From Podarcis tiliguerta (Eukaryota), in assembly GCA_965153285.1 (NCBI GenBank), contig OZ229121.1: 64,000 nt of DNA; one strand, given 5' to 3'. A program made the translations under genes and the position numbers. Shown piece after piece: positions 36,852-50,195 of the stretch; position 1 is the stretch's first letter, and the number at the start of each line of letters is the position of its first letter. The notes under the pieces are model-generated. The model was not told the origin of the DNA, did not search any database, and saw only the letters and a list, made by a program, of their open reading frames with translations.

Positions 36852-36960
36852 CAGTGGTACCTTAGTTCTCAGACTTAATCTGTTCCAGAAGTCCGTTCCA
36901 AAACCAAAGCGTTCCAAAACCAAGGCATGCTTTCCCATAGAAAGTAATGCAAAATGGATT
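36852..36960. mobile_element. Partial Tc1/mariner MITE
   Basis: TA-CAGTGGTACCTTAGTT left end only. Confidence 0.6.
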
Positions 36961-37204
36961 TTCTTGAGTCAAAATGAAAGTATCCCAAACATTTTTAAGG
37001 GGAAAAAAGCACTGCCAATATCACAAGATATCAGTATATCACCCAGCCCTAACCACCACCACTAAATAGATCCATAAGCTGTGCTGATGGGGAGATTAAA
37101 AAGGGATCAGCTCCTCTGGCCAGTCATTTGCACATACACAAATGACTGGTGCTTCTTGAAGAGTACTATGGGAAGGGGCTTCAAAACCCCCTTCTCTCCC
37201 CATA

Positions 37205-37455
37205 CAGTGGTACCTTGGTTTAAGAACAGCTTAGTTTATGAACAACTTGGATTAAGAACACTGCAAACCCAGAAGTAGGTGTTTTGGTTTGTGAACTTTG
37301 CCTTGGAATAAGAGCATGTTTCACTTCCTGTTGAGTGTGTTCCATTTGTAAATTGAGTCCCCCGCTGCTATGGGAAAGCATGCCTTGTTTAATAATGCTT
37401 TGGTTTAAGAACAGACTTCCGGAACGGATTAAGTTTGTAAACCAAGGTACCACTG
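37205..37455. mobile_element. Tc1/mariner MITE (second subfamily)
   Basis: TA-CAGTGGTACCTTGGTTTA...TAAACCAAGGTACCACTG-TA, perfect 18-bp TIR. Confidence 0.88.
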
Positions 37456-38452
37456 TAATAGGATTTGAGCTGGACAGAAGGTGTGAAACTTGATAAATGT
37501 TCTTCACATTTCCTTCCATGCTTCAAAGTGAATGAATTCTAAGCCTCTCTCTTTGTGTGGACTTCAAATAAATTAAATACTTTTAATGGTTAGAGAGCAG
37601 CGGGGGCGGGGGGGGGCAGAATGGTTCAGAGTTAAAATAGATGTGGTTGGTCATCCTTTTGTTGTTTTCCTGACATAATCCATTTGTTAGATTTTGTTGT
37701 TATTGTAATGCCATTGATGGATCTCACCTAATTCCGTTAATATATTAAAGCACTGATGGACAACATGTGTGCTGAGCCTGGCTCTGCGTAAGCCTCCTGT
37801 GATTCTGGGATTTTAGGTTTCCTGCCACCTGGTAGGTGGGCTCCCTGCCGGCTGTGTGAAATCTAACTTTGTAGGAAGGTAGTTGGAGGAAACACTGCAT
37901 CAAACAATTACAAGAACATAACCTTCCCTTCTTATCTACTCCGCCTGAGGCCGTTTTCTTATTTAATCCTGGCTTTTTATTGTTCTTTACTGTTGTTTCC
38001 CTTTCCCTCGTTCATAGTATCCTTGCTGTGCCACTGAAGTAAAATCTGGACATGATGACAAGAGTTGCTGCAATGCAGGCTTCCTTTCTCAAAGCCAAAT
38101 CCTTTTTTCAGTAGCAAACCCCAGTGGCTTGGTAATTAGTTGTATGGGAATTTTCACAGTAACCTCCCCAAGGAGCAATTTCACCAAAGAGTAACCCTCT
38201 TGTCTAGACCAAGCTCATAAAGTCATCACTCGTCGTGATTTCGATTCTACAAAGCTGCAGCAGAAATATGGCCTTTCGTCTTAAGGTGCCCTTCAAGCAT
38301 GTATATACCTCCATGCAGCAGAACCGCTGATGTAGCCCTTATGGAAGACGTATACATGTTGCCGGGGTGCCTAGAAAGGTGTGGTCCACTGTTGTTGTGT
38401 TTTACTTTTTCTTTCCATAAAATAGCACTGTTGCTATGTGCCATTTCCATTA

Positions 38453-38694
38453 CAGTAGTACCTCGGGTTACATACACTTCAGGTTACATACGCTTCAGGT
38501 TGCAGACTCTGCTAACCCAGAAATAGTACCTCGGGTTAAGAACTTTGCTTCAGGATGAGAACAGAAATCGTGCTCCGGCAGCGCAGCGGCAGCGGGAGGC
38601 CCCATTAGCTAAAGTGGTGCTTCAGGTCAATAACAGTTTCAGGTTAAGAACGGACCTCCGGAAAGAGTTAAGTACTTAACCTGAGGTACCACTG
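38453..38694 (+). mobile_element. Tc1/mariner (pogo/Tigger-like) MITE
   Basis: TA-CAGTAGTACCTCGGGTTA...TAACCTGAGGTACCACTG-TA. Confidence 0.88.
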
Positions 38695-39372
38695 TATACT
38701 GTTTGTCTAGTGTGCATTATTTACAGTTGCTGCAACAGGTAAGATTAAGAACATCAGCTGTGAATAATGTAATAACATATTAGCACAGTAGCCAAAGTTT
38801 TCTCTCTGTGTACTTTAAAGTCCACTTCAGTGTAACTCTAGTATCAAGATAAGCCTTTTAGCTCTGTATAATTTAGCAGCACGTACCAGCACAAAAGTCT
38901 GTATCAGTATCTTTTGTCTATTTCAATCCAATGCAGATTTCACCATTCTGGTTGATCTCAGTTAGTGAATTGGGATATAAGGGCTCAGGTGGTCTTTAAA
39001 GTATCCTTTAAGGTATACAAGACCTAGAACCTGGCCCAGCAGTGTATGAACAGCCAGTGTTTTGTCCATTTTAATCCAATACAGATTTCAACATCCAGCC
39101 ATCGTAAATGATACTACAATGTGTTTTAGGATAAAGAAGAAAGCCAATTAATGTATTGGTGCAATGAAGTGCCTCGGTGTTTGAAAAACGCAGATCAAAC
39201 AGCACTAGTTCATATTCATAAAGTATTTAAAAGGTCTCATTTTGTGATCAGTGAAAACCTGGTGGTGAGATCATTTAGTTTAGTGCATTGACTTCTTCTA
39301 TAACTGTGTAGATGCTATGTTTCAGATGTGTGAAAAATGAAAGGCTGGCATTCCAGTTCTAACCATTTTTTC

Positions 39373-39418
39373 ACTACTACTACTACTGGTTGGTTGGTTG
39401 GTTGGTTGGTTGGTTGGT
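39373..39418. repeat. (ACT)n/(TGGT)n microsatellite
   Basis: Read directly from the sequence. Confidence 0.85.
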
Positions 39419-40325
39419 AGGCATCCTTTTCTTAAAAAGCTATGTGTAGCATCTTATGCCTGCCAAGCTACAAGAAGCTCAGATGCTCCCAGTAGAAGCA
39501 ATTCCCATTGATTTCATGTGCCTGGTAGTGCACATATTCTAAAAAGGATAGCTGTGCTAGCCTCTTGCCAAGGAAATAAGAAAGAGTCCAGGGACACCTA
39601 AAGACTAAGGACTGAACCCCACGAAGTCATTGCACAGGTGGAACAACTTCCACTTGCACAGTCGATTTCCTTACACTCCATGTTTCTTTGTAAGTTTATT
39701 TATACTTAGCCCTACAAACACAGCTGACATGTTGTACCAGCTCGTTCCTTTCTGATAACCATAATCTGGATAATGTAATGGCTTATCAGCATATTGGTAG
39801 TTGTCCAACTTTAGCTTGTTTGCTCTGCTATAGAAATCATAGGATTCACTTCCATGCCTGCTCATACAGGGAAAGGACTTTGGTTAGCAAGGTCTAAAAC
39901 TCTTAACACAAAAAACTGCTCTTTAAAGTAACTGGGTTGTGATCCCACATGGAAATTGTTATTTTTAATGTAATTGTTATGGATATTAAAAACACATCAG
40001 CGGTGTGTGGACCAGGCTCCTAGTTCAGAAGATTGCCCTTTGTCAGTGAAGCACACAAACCATTTTAGGGGGAAGAACGCTAACAGTGATACAGAGAGGT
40101 GAACTGGCATGGGTTCCTTTGATATCAACTGGGCCAATGAACTACTGATTGGTGCCATGTTAGGATATCAAACACAATTAAATGAAAAATCAAACAAGAC
40201 CACATTCTTAGCAACGCTCATCTGCCCAATGACCCAGAAAAGAAGCCCTTGAGATTCCATGTTACCAAACTGGTGCCATCTCAGGCTCCCAAATCCCTTG
40301 CATTTTTTTACAGTTTTGCATTTTA

Positions 40326-40578
40326 GAGCCGGTGTGGTGTAGTGGTTAAGAGCGGTAGTCTCGTAATCTGGGGAACCGGGTTCGCGTCTCCGCTCCTCCA
40401 CAAGCAGCTGCTGGGTGACCTTGGGCCAGTCACACTTCTTTGAAGTCTCTCAGCCCCACTCACCTCACAGAGTGTTTGTTGTGGGGGAGGAAGGGAAAGG
40501 AGAATGTTAGCCGCTTTGAGACTCCTTCGGGTAGTGATAAAGTGGGATATCAAATCCAAACTCTTCTTCTTCTCTTCT
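40326..40578 (+). mobile_element. Squam3-like tRNA SINE with (CTT)n tail
   Basis: A box tggtgtagtgg, B box gggttcgcgtct, CORE-like gggtgaccttgggccagtcac. Confidence 0.85.
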
Positions 40579-43497
40579 ACATAAGCATCCTATGCTGCAA
40601 GTTACACCTAGCTGGTATTTCCAAACCAATCCCCGTTTTTCTGCCCCTGATAATCACCGTCAGCCGATTTCCAAACGGCGGTTTAGCCATAAGTCTAGCA
40701 ACCTGCAAGGTCAGGCTTGCAATTTGAAGCAAGATGACTTCGGTTCTTAAAATCGGGCCCCAACAATTGGGTTAGTAAAGCTCAGGTTGATCAACAAGGC
40801 CATATTTAACTCTTGCTGTAATTTAGTCAGCCCTACCTCCAAAATAAATGCAAACCATATCCCAGGCCCCACAGATGAGTGCAATGTGGACGAGACATTT
40901 TATTGCCTCTACTGTAAATGGCTGGATGGCTCTTGTACAGCCATAAAGCAGGTTTAAATCTATTGTTATAAAACAGGTCTTGAATGTATCTTTGTAACAT
41001 ATAAACTGTCGTTCATTTACGTAGGTGCTTTTTTATTGTCCTCCTTTATCTTAAGCATGAATCTGTTTCCTGATAACGTTCCTTTTAAAAAGAAAAAGGG
41101 TGAAAAAAAGACAATAAACTGCTAGTCCAGCATGCGCATCAGACGAGTCCTTAAGACTGCAATGCTGTCCTGGATTTGTATTTTAAACTTAAGAATGCAG
41201 ACCCAAAATAGCATCTCTTATGAATGCTTTATTTGCATTTAAATACACTGTCTTTCTGCACTGTAGTTCCAATTGTCCATTCTTCCTTGAGGGCTTGCAG
41301 AAAGATCTTTGAAATAATTTGCTAGTGTTCAATTAGCACTGCAGTGACTGAGGATGGAAAATGCTCGACTTCATTTTTCCCCTTTCAGTGGTGTAGCTGC
41401 TCTTGTTGCCTGTGCCCCAGCCAGAAAATTTTATTATGTCTGAGTTAATTTGCAGGATAAACCTTTGGCGGGAGGGACCTGCTTGGGTTTATTTATTCCT
41501 TTATTTGCTCTTTTATTTTAATTATCTTTTAAAAAAAAGAAGTTGCACTGTAAAACATTGCTATTTAATTGCAGGAAGTCTATGCTGGAAGTTGCTAATA
41601 GATGGCATTTGTTTAAATGAAGCTGTAGGGACGCTGCTTGAGAATGTTTTAAAGCATTGCAAGGCTGGGTTGATAATGTTTTCCTGCATTGCGTATAAAA
41701 ACCAAAGGCCCTTTACCCTTTCTGAAAGGTCTTTTTTTGTAGAAAACAAGGTAGGGGGAGGGAAATGTTTATATGAGAATGCAAAATAACTTCCTGAGAC
41801 TATGAGCACACCGTGCCCTTAAAATGTCAAGAGCGCATTGTGTGTTGAAATGGTAGCAGTGTGCTTTTAGCACCTCTGCAGCACCCAGGCTGCATGTGTC
41901 GAGATCAAACCCAGTAGACAGAACATATGTCTTGTGTATGTATTGTGACTGTTTTCTTTTCTCTAGAATCAGTACTTTATATGCATGTTTTAGTGTCGCC
42001 TGTTTTTTGTTTGCTTTTTTACGATCAGTGGAAATTGTAGCAGTGTATGTAGCGTGACATGTTGAATGTTGCCTTGGCAGTAGCAAAATTACCGTCTCAG
42101 ATACAATAAATGTTGCAGGTTGGATGCAATTGATGTTGGTTGGCTGCTGGAAGGCAACCACCAGCAGAATAGTGGGAAGGGAATTTGGGACAAGGAATCC
42201 ACTCTGCAACCGCTGCACTTGCCCTCCAAATCTGCTCAGATATTTTGCACCAGCTTGTATTCCTGCATTTTTTTAAAAAATGGAATGAATTTATTAGGCA
42301 ACCTAATCAGTCCCATCGTGGAAGAGTGTGTTTATGGAATGAGACGAGGAAGGCAGGAGTGCTGCTATGATAGAGTGGTGGAGGAAGGGGAGACCCAGCA
42401 CATAACCAAGTTTTGCAGGATTGGGTATGGGGCACTGGGATCATCTACACTGTTTCAAGATCTGTGTGTCTGTGTTTGGACTAGTGATGGTCAACCTGGC
42501 TTACCTTGCAACTGACTCCGTTTTTCTGAGCTTTCTTGAAAACAGGTCTGAGATAATTTTGAGAAACTTCTCATGTGCCTTGGCAAGAAAAATACAATGC
42601 TGAGAATGCTCAGGGAACACTTAGGGCTTAAGAATGAGACCTTCAAGACATCTCCTAACTCCTGTCTCCAGAAAGCCTTCTTCATCACAGCTTCCCTCAC
42701 TACTTGAAAGGGTAAATTTGCTGTGGAAGGTTGGGGGAAATGGTGTGAATAGTTGACTGGTGCTGGCAGCAGCAGCAGAAAACCCCTTAGGGAAGGCCTG
42801 AATTCAAAGAGGTTTAGAGTTCAGCTTATGATGTGACCATAGATTTCCAAACTGTGGAAAGTTTGTACTTCAAACACACCTTTCCTGAAAATTGCTTCTA
42901 CTTTGGCTTAGACTGTTTAGATTTAGAATCCAATCTTAGTTTTGTTGCAGCAAATAGATTTCTCCATCAAAGTGAATAAGGATAGTATTAGACTTCTGTG
43001 GGCAGGCATTATGCAATTATCAAACATTTGTGTGCTGCTGCTTCTAATAAGCTGGCTGCCTACTGGTGATAGGGGAAACCCTTAATAGCCTACTGGGTTT
43101 AAAACCAAGGTATTCTCCACAAAGAACCTCTGCTCAACAAGTACTTTCAAAAGAATGTGTTTTCTCTACAGTCATACCTGATCTGTTTTTCTTTTTACTA
43201 CTTAGTCACCATTTCGAGTCATAAAACTCACCTGCTTTAAAGACTAGATATTGCATTATTCTGGCGACCTCTAGGTCAATCTTCTGCAGCTGAGGGGCAA
43301 ACTTTTTGCCCAAGTATTCATGCATTTCAATGTTCATGTGCCAACAGAAGCAGCTGTGGTGGCACAGAGTGCCCTATTACCAGCTTTGATTGGTTCTTCA
43401 GTTGAAGTCTCTGCAGGACAGGGCCAAAGTCTGGAAGATTCAGGTGGCACAGAATAAAACTGCCAGAATTATAACTGGCACAGCATAATTGGATCAA

Positions 43498-43900
43498 ATC
43501 TCACCAGTATTAAAAGAGCTCCACTGACAGTCTTTCTGCTTCCAAGCCCAATCTGAAGTGCTAGTATTGACATTTAAAGCCCTCAATAGTTTGGGACCCA
43601 AGTACCTGAAGGAGTGTCTTCTCCCATATCATTCAAGGCTGCTCTGTGTTCTTTTCCTTGTTGGCAGTGAAGCAGATGACTGATACCCTTCCAGGAACAA
43701 TTGTCTGCCACAAATTTTCCTTTTCTTTTAGATGTCAGCTGAGCCCTTGTTTATTCTCTCAAACTTTTAAAACATTCCTTGCTGTCTGCTGTTTTTCTCC
43801 ACTCATTTTTTTAAAAAATGATGTGGCTCTATTGTTTTTTGATACTTTGATTTTCTAAACCACCCTGGAACCAAATATCCGCTGTAGAATTAGTGAGTTG
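43498..43900 (+). mobile_element. L2 LINE 3' fragment
   Basis: Translates ISPVLKELH*...VLVLTFKALNSLGPKYLKECLLPY, typical of the L2 ORF2 C-terminus, followed by a T-rich tail. Confidence 0.7.
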
Positions 43901-46468
43901 TCTAATACCCATGTACCGCTTGTATAGAGAGAATGATGGCAAAGAAGAGTGAAATCTGTGCAACTTACATGTATATAATCTGCTTTGCCAAGCAGGTGAG
44001 CAGAAGCCACACTTTTTCGCTTTAGAGAAATGTTTGTTCTCTCGGCCTCCAGCAATGATCTTCTGAACAGTGTTTCATTCTGTAAAACTGAATATGCTTT
44101 ACCACCTGATGTTTGCTTAGGTGAATATATTATCTATAATAAATAAATATGGTAGGTGTATATGGGGGAGATCAGTAAATTAGTATTACTTAGAAATTGC
44201 CATCGTAAAACAAATTTACCCCATTTTATTTCAAGTAGCAGTTACAATAGCCATATATTAGTTGTCTTAAAATAAGTACTCCCATAAAACTTTTTTTTAT
44301 GAAGCTACAAGTGCCACACAAAGTATGAACCGAGTTGTGCTTTTTATGAGAGATCATTTGAGTTTGCAGGAAATTAGTTTCACGAGAAGACTGCAGTCGT
44401 AGGCATGCTTATTTGGAAGTTAAGTTCCAAAAATTCCAAAGCGAAACAGAGAAGCAAAGGCCAAAATGGAGTTAACACTCATGAAAGAAATAGCAAGAAG
44501 CTTGAATTCTCCAGTGGCAAAAGCCATCTTTGCAGAATGAAAGGAAGTAGTGTGGTCAGAACAACTGAGAAAGGAAGGTTTGCATAACTTAGTTACACAA
44601 CTAGAGCGGATTTTAAATGGGGGGGTGGGCAGGATGTGAAGAACATCGAAGCAAGTTTTGATAGCAGGTGAAGGTGAGAGCTTATGACTTGTTTTCCCCC
44701 AGCAGCAGCTAACTTCCTGCTGTATGGCAAACTGCTTTTGAAGTCAGTTACAAAAACCAAGTTGTGATATGGCACAGGGCTATTCAAAGTGGAGGTGGGA
44801 GTTTGGAGAGTAGAATCTTCCGCTGCAGTACTGTAGGAGCCTAAGTAGCTCTTTGGATTGTGGCCAGTGAGCATATATTTATCTAACACCTTTCCAGAAC
44901 ATGTGTATTTATATCAACATATGCCCACTTCCCACAAAATGTGAGACATCTAATTTTGAAAATTAGAGGCGCGATTTTTCTTGCGTTGAAACGCCTTTGA
45001 AGTCTACTTGGATTTGGTCCCCGGTGAGCATTACCAGAAATGATTTGAGGCCATTAATACGTATGTTCCAATAGCAGCGACTCCTCATAAGGGAGGTTCT
45101 AGCCAGCAGAACTTCCAGATGTTGGCAGGGAAGGCAAACCATAATGTTGATGGGCAAGTCTCTCTTTTTTCAACCGGCCTTTTACAAGTCTGAGTCAGAG
45201 AGTGCTGGGTTTGACTTGGCAAGTAGGTGTTGACTTTTTGTTGTTGTTCATTTCCCGTTTTATTATTGCAAAAAAAAAAAAAAATAAAGAGCAGAGACCA
45301 AAAAACGTGTCTCTCGGCCAAAGTGAACTTCCCCTTTTGTATGTCACAAGCAAGCTTCCCATCAGCAGTAAGTACCAGCTGGTAGATTTAGATTTGTTTA
45401 TACACCTGATGCTGCAACTGACTTCCTGTCTCTGGTGGAAAAGACTCTTCCCCCCAACCCAAAAAAGATGGAACTATTTCCTCCAAGGCAGGGAGGGCAA
45501 TGGGTTCCAACAGACAGTAGGGTGTGGAAACTGGAAATTAACATAAGGACATGGCCAATGTGAATATACTAGCTATATGTAATTAACAGTATTTTTATGA
45601 AATATTGTGAACGTCACACTGTATTTGGTGAAAAGGTTGCATGTACTTGAGGAATGCTGGTTCCCTCATTTTTCAGGTGGGCCATACACACAATGAACTT
45701 TCTCTCTACTGGTTGAACACACAAATCAGTGAATGGGCACCATGAGTAATGAGTAGGCCTGTGGCTAAAACATCCCTTGTTTCCAGGCCTGTGTAAACAA
45801 CAGGGAGAATTATATATCCTTGAATGTTGTTGTGTACACAAATCCTAAAGAGAGATGAATCATTTAATGGATTAATCTTCTCAAATGTTAATAGCCATTA
45901 ATATTCTTAAAGCTTTGTTTGCATGTTGCTGCATGTTTGACAGGATTCCAAGTCGCATTGCGAAATACTCGAGGCAGAAAGAAGAATCTCTTAAAAGACA
46001 AAATCATGTTAGCAGTAGTATGGCCTTCGAATTTCCTCTCGTTCCTCAATCTTAAATTCATTTCTGGGAAACTATCTCCTGATAAGCTTCCCCACGCAGA
46101 GATGACTTAGAACTATGGAAACTTGAACATACAACATTGGTCCAGGGTTGGCCAACATGGTTGGTGTCTCCAGATGTTAACCACTAGCCATTCTCTTGGG
46201 GCTGATGGAAATATGTAGTCCAACCAGTTGCCCCTGCAGGAGTCTCGCTGTCTCCAAGAACTTCCTTCTTAATTGCAATTCAATCCACACAAGCAAAGTG
46301 ATGCATGTGAATCAGATCGTTCTATTAAAATAAAAAGGAAAGCCCACGCATACAGGAGCTATGTGATGCATCAATGCTAATCGTCTCCCCTGTAAACCAA
46401 AATTTCAACCCAGAGTTTGTAGTGGATTTGCAGAGGGGACCAGACTGGCATTAATCAAGTTTACCATC

Positions 46469-46612
46469 ACAGGGCTTCCCAAATTTTGGTCTCCAGTTGT
46501 TTTGGTACTACAACTCCCATCATCCCTAGCTAGCAGGATCAGTAGTCAGGGATGATGGAAATTGCAGTCCCAAAGCAGTCCCAAAGCAGCTGGAGACCCA
46601 AGTTTGGGAAAT
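46469..46612. mobile_element. Short hAT foldback MITE
   Basis: cagggcttcccaaa...actacaactcccatcatccct / agggatgatggaaattgcagt...tttgggaaa; 11-bp internal duplication gcagtcccaaa. Confidence 0.7.
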
Positions 46613-46626
46613 GTTAAGAGTGCATA

Positions 46627-46985
46627 AAAAGGTAAAGGTACCCCTGCCCGTACGGGCCAGTCTTGACAGACTCTAGGGTTGTGCGCCCATCTCACTCAAG
46701 AGGCCGGGGGCCAGCGCTGTCCGAAGACACTTCCGGGTCACGTGGCCAGCGTGACATCGCTGCTCTGGCGAGCCAGAGCCGCACACGGAAACGCCGTTTA
46801 CCTTCCCGCTGGTAAGCGGTCCCTATTTATCTACTTGCACCCGGGAGTGCTTTCGAACTGCTAGGTTGGCAGGCGCTGGGACCAAACAACGGGAGCGCAC
46901 CCCGCCGCAGGGATTCGAACCGCCAACCTTTCGATCGGCAAGCCCTAGGCGCTGAGGCTTTTACCCACAGCGCCACCCGCGTCCC
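46627..46985 (-). mobile_element. Sauria SINE, full length, CpG-rich and young (subfamily 2)
   Basis: Perfect TSD taagagtgcata (46615-46626, 46988-46999). Confidence 0.94.
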
Positions 46986-48156
46986 AGTAAGAGTGCATAT
47001 TTGACTCTAAATGCTGACAAGGAAAGAGAAGCGAGAATCAATCCCATAATGGAAGGGAATATGGGCTCTGAACTTGGGCTTCTGGTTTGCAGACCATGGT
47101 TTGCTAGGACCCACTGTATTATGCCTGTGTTGGACCAGATCTAGTTATCCATCTGCCATGTGTCTACTGAGAAAATATAGGTCGCAGGAGAGCTATTGAC
47201 TGTTGGTTTTGCTTTGAAATGACTGAAAGGCTTGAAGCTTGAGCAAAATGCATGACTCAGCCAAGGGCAGAAACATCCTGCAATGTCAACATTAGCCCTT
47301 GCCAAGCCTGCAACAAGCCTTTTGAGAGAGGGTTTTTCTTTTCTCTCCCCCCCCCCCCGTGTTTTATGACTGCTCCTTGTTTCATGTACTTACTGTGGCT
47401 ACTGAAACTCTGCCTTCTCAGTTACTCTCCTTCTCCCTTTAATGTGTGCCACACAGAGAGTCTTATTAATATTTATTGCAACTTTAAAAAATAAAATTAA
47501 AAAGCTTGCCACGTGGTCCTCCAAAGGCTGCTGCAGTTTATCTGGAACATAATGCTGTATTAGGGCAGCACACAATGCAATTTATCCTCACACCTGGGGG
47601 AGTGAGTTTCACAGCTGTAATTGCTACAGTATAATTCTTATTAATGTCGTGCTATAATTTCTATTAATTCCAGAGGGCTAGTAAATGTATTAAGACTTGT
47701 CAACATATTATTTTACACTGTTTATGATCTAGAGAATTATGCCATTCAAGTGTTTTACTGTGTAAAGGAAAAGCCTTAAAAATCTGCTTTGGTTTTTGAG
47801 GCCAGGGATGGGGGGGGGGCAGAGCACGCAATTCCATCTTGCTCCCCTCCTGTTCCCTGGTTGTCCGACAATAAAATAGCTCTGCCGATTAATATTTAGA
47901 ATGAAGCTAGCTAAAGCTGTTTATGTAATATGTTAGCAGCAATTATTAAACAAATGAAGCATTCTGTGTCTTACCAAGTTCTAGCTACGATGGGAAACAT
48001 TTTTTGTAATCAAAAGTACCAGTCTCCTAGCAATATAACTTAGGATGGCAATAGATGAGGCAGAGAACGGTTGGAGGATACTCATAAATATGAAACTTGC
48101 GGCTATAGTTTATTTGAACCCATTTTTTATTTTGTTCCGCTGCTCTGTCTTCTTAG

Positions 48157-48326
48157 GAAGTGAGTATGATGAGGAGGAAGTAGACTATGAAGATTCAGAC
48201 AGCGATGAGTCCTGGACTACAGAAAGTGCCATCAGCTCTGAAGCTATCCTAAGTTCCATGTGTATGAATGGAGGAGACGAGAAACCCTTTGCTTGTCCTG
48301 TCCCTGGCTGTAAAAAGCGATATAAG
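48157..48326 (+). CDS. JAZF1: JAZF1 penultimate exon (human exon 4), 170 bp; acidic tract and start of a C2H2 finger
   Basis: tcttAG|GAAGTGAG acceptor, TATAAG|gtaagt donor. Encodes SEYDEEEVDYEDSDSDESWTTESAISSEAILSSMCMNGGDEKPFACPVPGCKKRYK. Confidence 0.97.
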
Positions 48327-48430
48327 GTAAGTGTGCTATTCCTGCATGGTCGAGACCCTTCCCTTTGAAAGCAGGTGTCTTATTTTTCACTGGATTTCAT
48401 TCTAATCTATATACCACTAAAGCCTTAGAT

Positions 48431-48565
48431 CAGGGTTTCCCAAACTTGGGTCTCCTGCTGCTTTTTGGACCACAACTCCCATCATACCTAGCTAGCAGGG
48501 TCAGTGGTCAGGAATGATGGGAACTGTAGTCCAAAAACAGCTGGAGACCCATGTTTGGGAAACTG
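48431..48565. mobile_element. Short hAT foldback MITE
   Basis: cagggtttcccaaacttgggtctcc / ggagacccatgtttgggaaactg. Confidence 0.75.
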
Positions 48566-50018
48566 CCCCAGATGTTGAAGAACAAAGCATTCACCTGAAA
48601 ATGTGAGACACCTGAAAATAAAGAAAACATTGAGGAAATCGAAGGTGTCTCGCCCCTGCCCCAGAGCAGTGCTTCCCAAATAGCTAAGTACTGCGGCTCC
48701 CGTTTTTCAAAAGCCAAGCCATGGGCCCTCTCGTTTTGAAATTTTTTGATATCTCTATGGTAGCTTTTGTTATGTGCCACAGATACCCTGGCTGGGTTAT
48801 ACAGACCAACAGTTGGGAACCACTGCCTTAAGAGGGGGGAAATGTCTTAAGAAGTCTTTAAATCAAGGTAACTTTATCACCTGCACTCTGTTGTTCATCA
48901 AGAATCCATGAGTACTGTCTGAGCCACAGGTAGCCAAATGTGGTGGTCTCCAGCTCCCATCAGCTTCATTCAGCCAATGGGACCGCAAGATCATGGGTGG
49001 TCTTAGAGTGCACAATGTTGGCTACCTAATCTAGGTTGTGCACCATGAATGTAAGGACAAGCAGTCAGCAAGTTGTTGACTCACAAAGTGCGCTACCAGA
49101 AGAGAAAACACATGCTAATTCGTGGCTAATACTGCTTTCCGATTTGTCAACATACATAAAAGAGCTCATGTATGTTTTCATACTTTTTTATGAAGCTTTT
49201 CTTTGCCCCCTGCCCCCCCCCAAATCTTCTGCATTTATTCTACTTGTTTCTTCCATAAAGAAATTCACTTTGTGCTTGGAAATTTAAAATTTAAAGAATG
49301 CAGAAAGATAAACCACATCTTTAATTGAACATGAAAACGTGGTATAAAACAGGGGTAACAGAGGAATGCAGAAATCACTGGGCTTATGCATAAGTTCATT
49401 TTTCTGCACCCCCAGTTGAGAAAGCTGTTTCCATTTAATAAGGCTGCAATCCTATATCCACTTACCTTGAACTCATTGAGACTTATTTCTAAGTAGACAT
49501 GCATAGGATTGAACTGTACTTTTATTTTGGTAGTAGAGCTTTATGGCAGCAGCCGGATGGTTAAGTGCTCTTGAAAAGTAATATAAAAATGATCTAGCAG
49601 TGCTTCAACTATTGCTTGAATGGGCTATTTGCTTTGGGTCTGTCCTTCTGTGAAGGTTGGTGTGATTTCTGCCTCTTGATGTTACCTGTAGTGTAGCTGA
49701 GCATTTCCTAGGTATATACCCCGACTGCATTTGCCACTCTGGCCTCATGAGAGAACAAATGGGCATAAAGTTTGACACACTGAAGAAGTGAACTTGTAGC
49801 AAATGTGAACATTTCATGATCTCATCTGAGATGGTGGACGAAGCTGCCCTAGTCATGCTTCCATATATTTAGATTGGTAGCTGAATTCTATTCCTTAAAT
49901 GGTATATACTTATAATCTAAACTATACACTTACACTCTGAAAACCAGAGTTATTGCTTAGACCACTTAATATAGAACAGCTTAAAAGTCTATACTCCTCC
50001 TCCCTCCTCCTCCTACAG

Positions 50019-50195
50019 AATGTGAACGGTATAAAATATCATGCCAAGAATGGCCACAGAACACAGATACGTGTGCGGAAGCCATTCAAATGTCGTTGTG
50101 GGAAGAGTTACAAGACAGCTCAGGGTCTGCGGCACCATACAATCAATTTCCACCCACCAGTGTCTGCTGAGATTATCAGAAAGATGCAGCAATAA
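50019..50195 (+). CDS. JAZF1: JAZF1 terminal coding exon (human exon 5); C2H2 fingers, stop TAA
   Basis: (CCT)n pyrimidine tract then tacAG|AATGTG. Encodes NVNGIKYHAKNGHRTQIRVRKPFKCRCGKSYKTAQGLRHHTINFHPPVSAEIIRKMQQ*; phase 0 with the previous exon. Confidence 0.97.
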   Translation, partial: NVNGIKYHAKNGHRTQIRVRKPFKCRCGKSYKTAQGLRHHTINFHPPVSAEIIRKMQQ

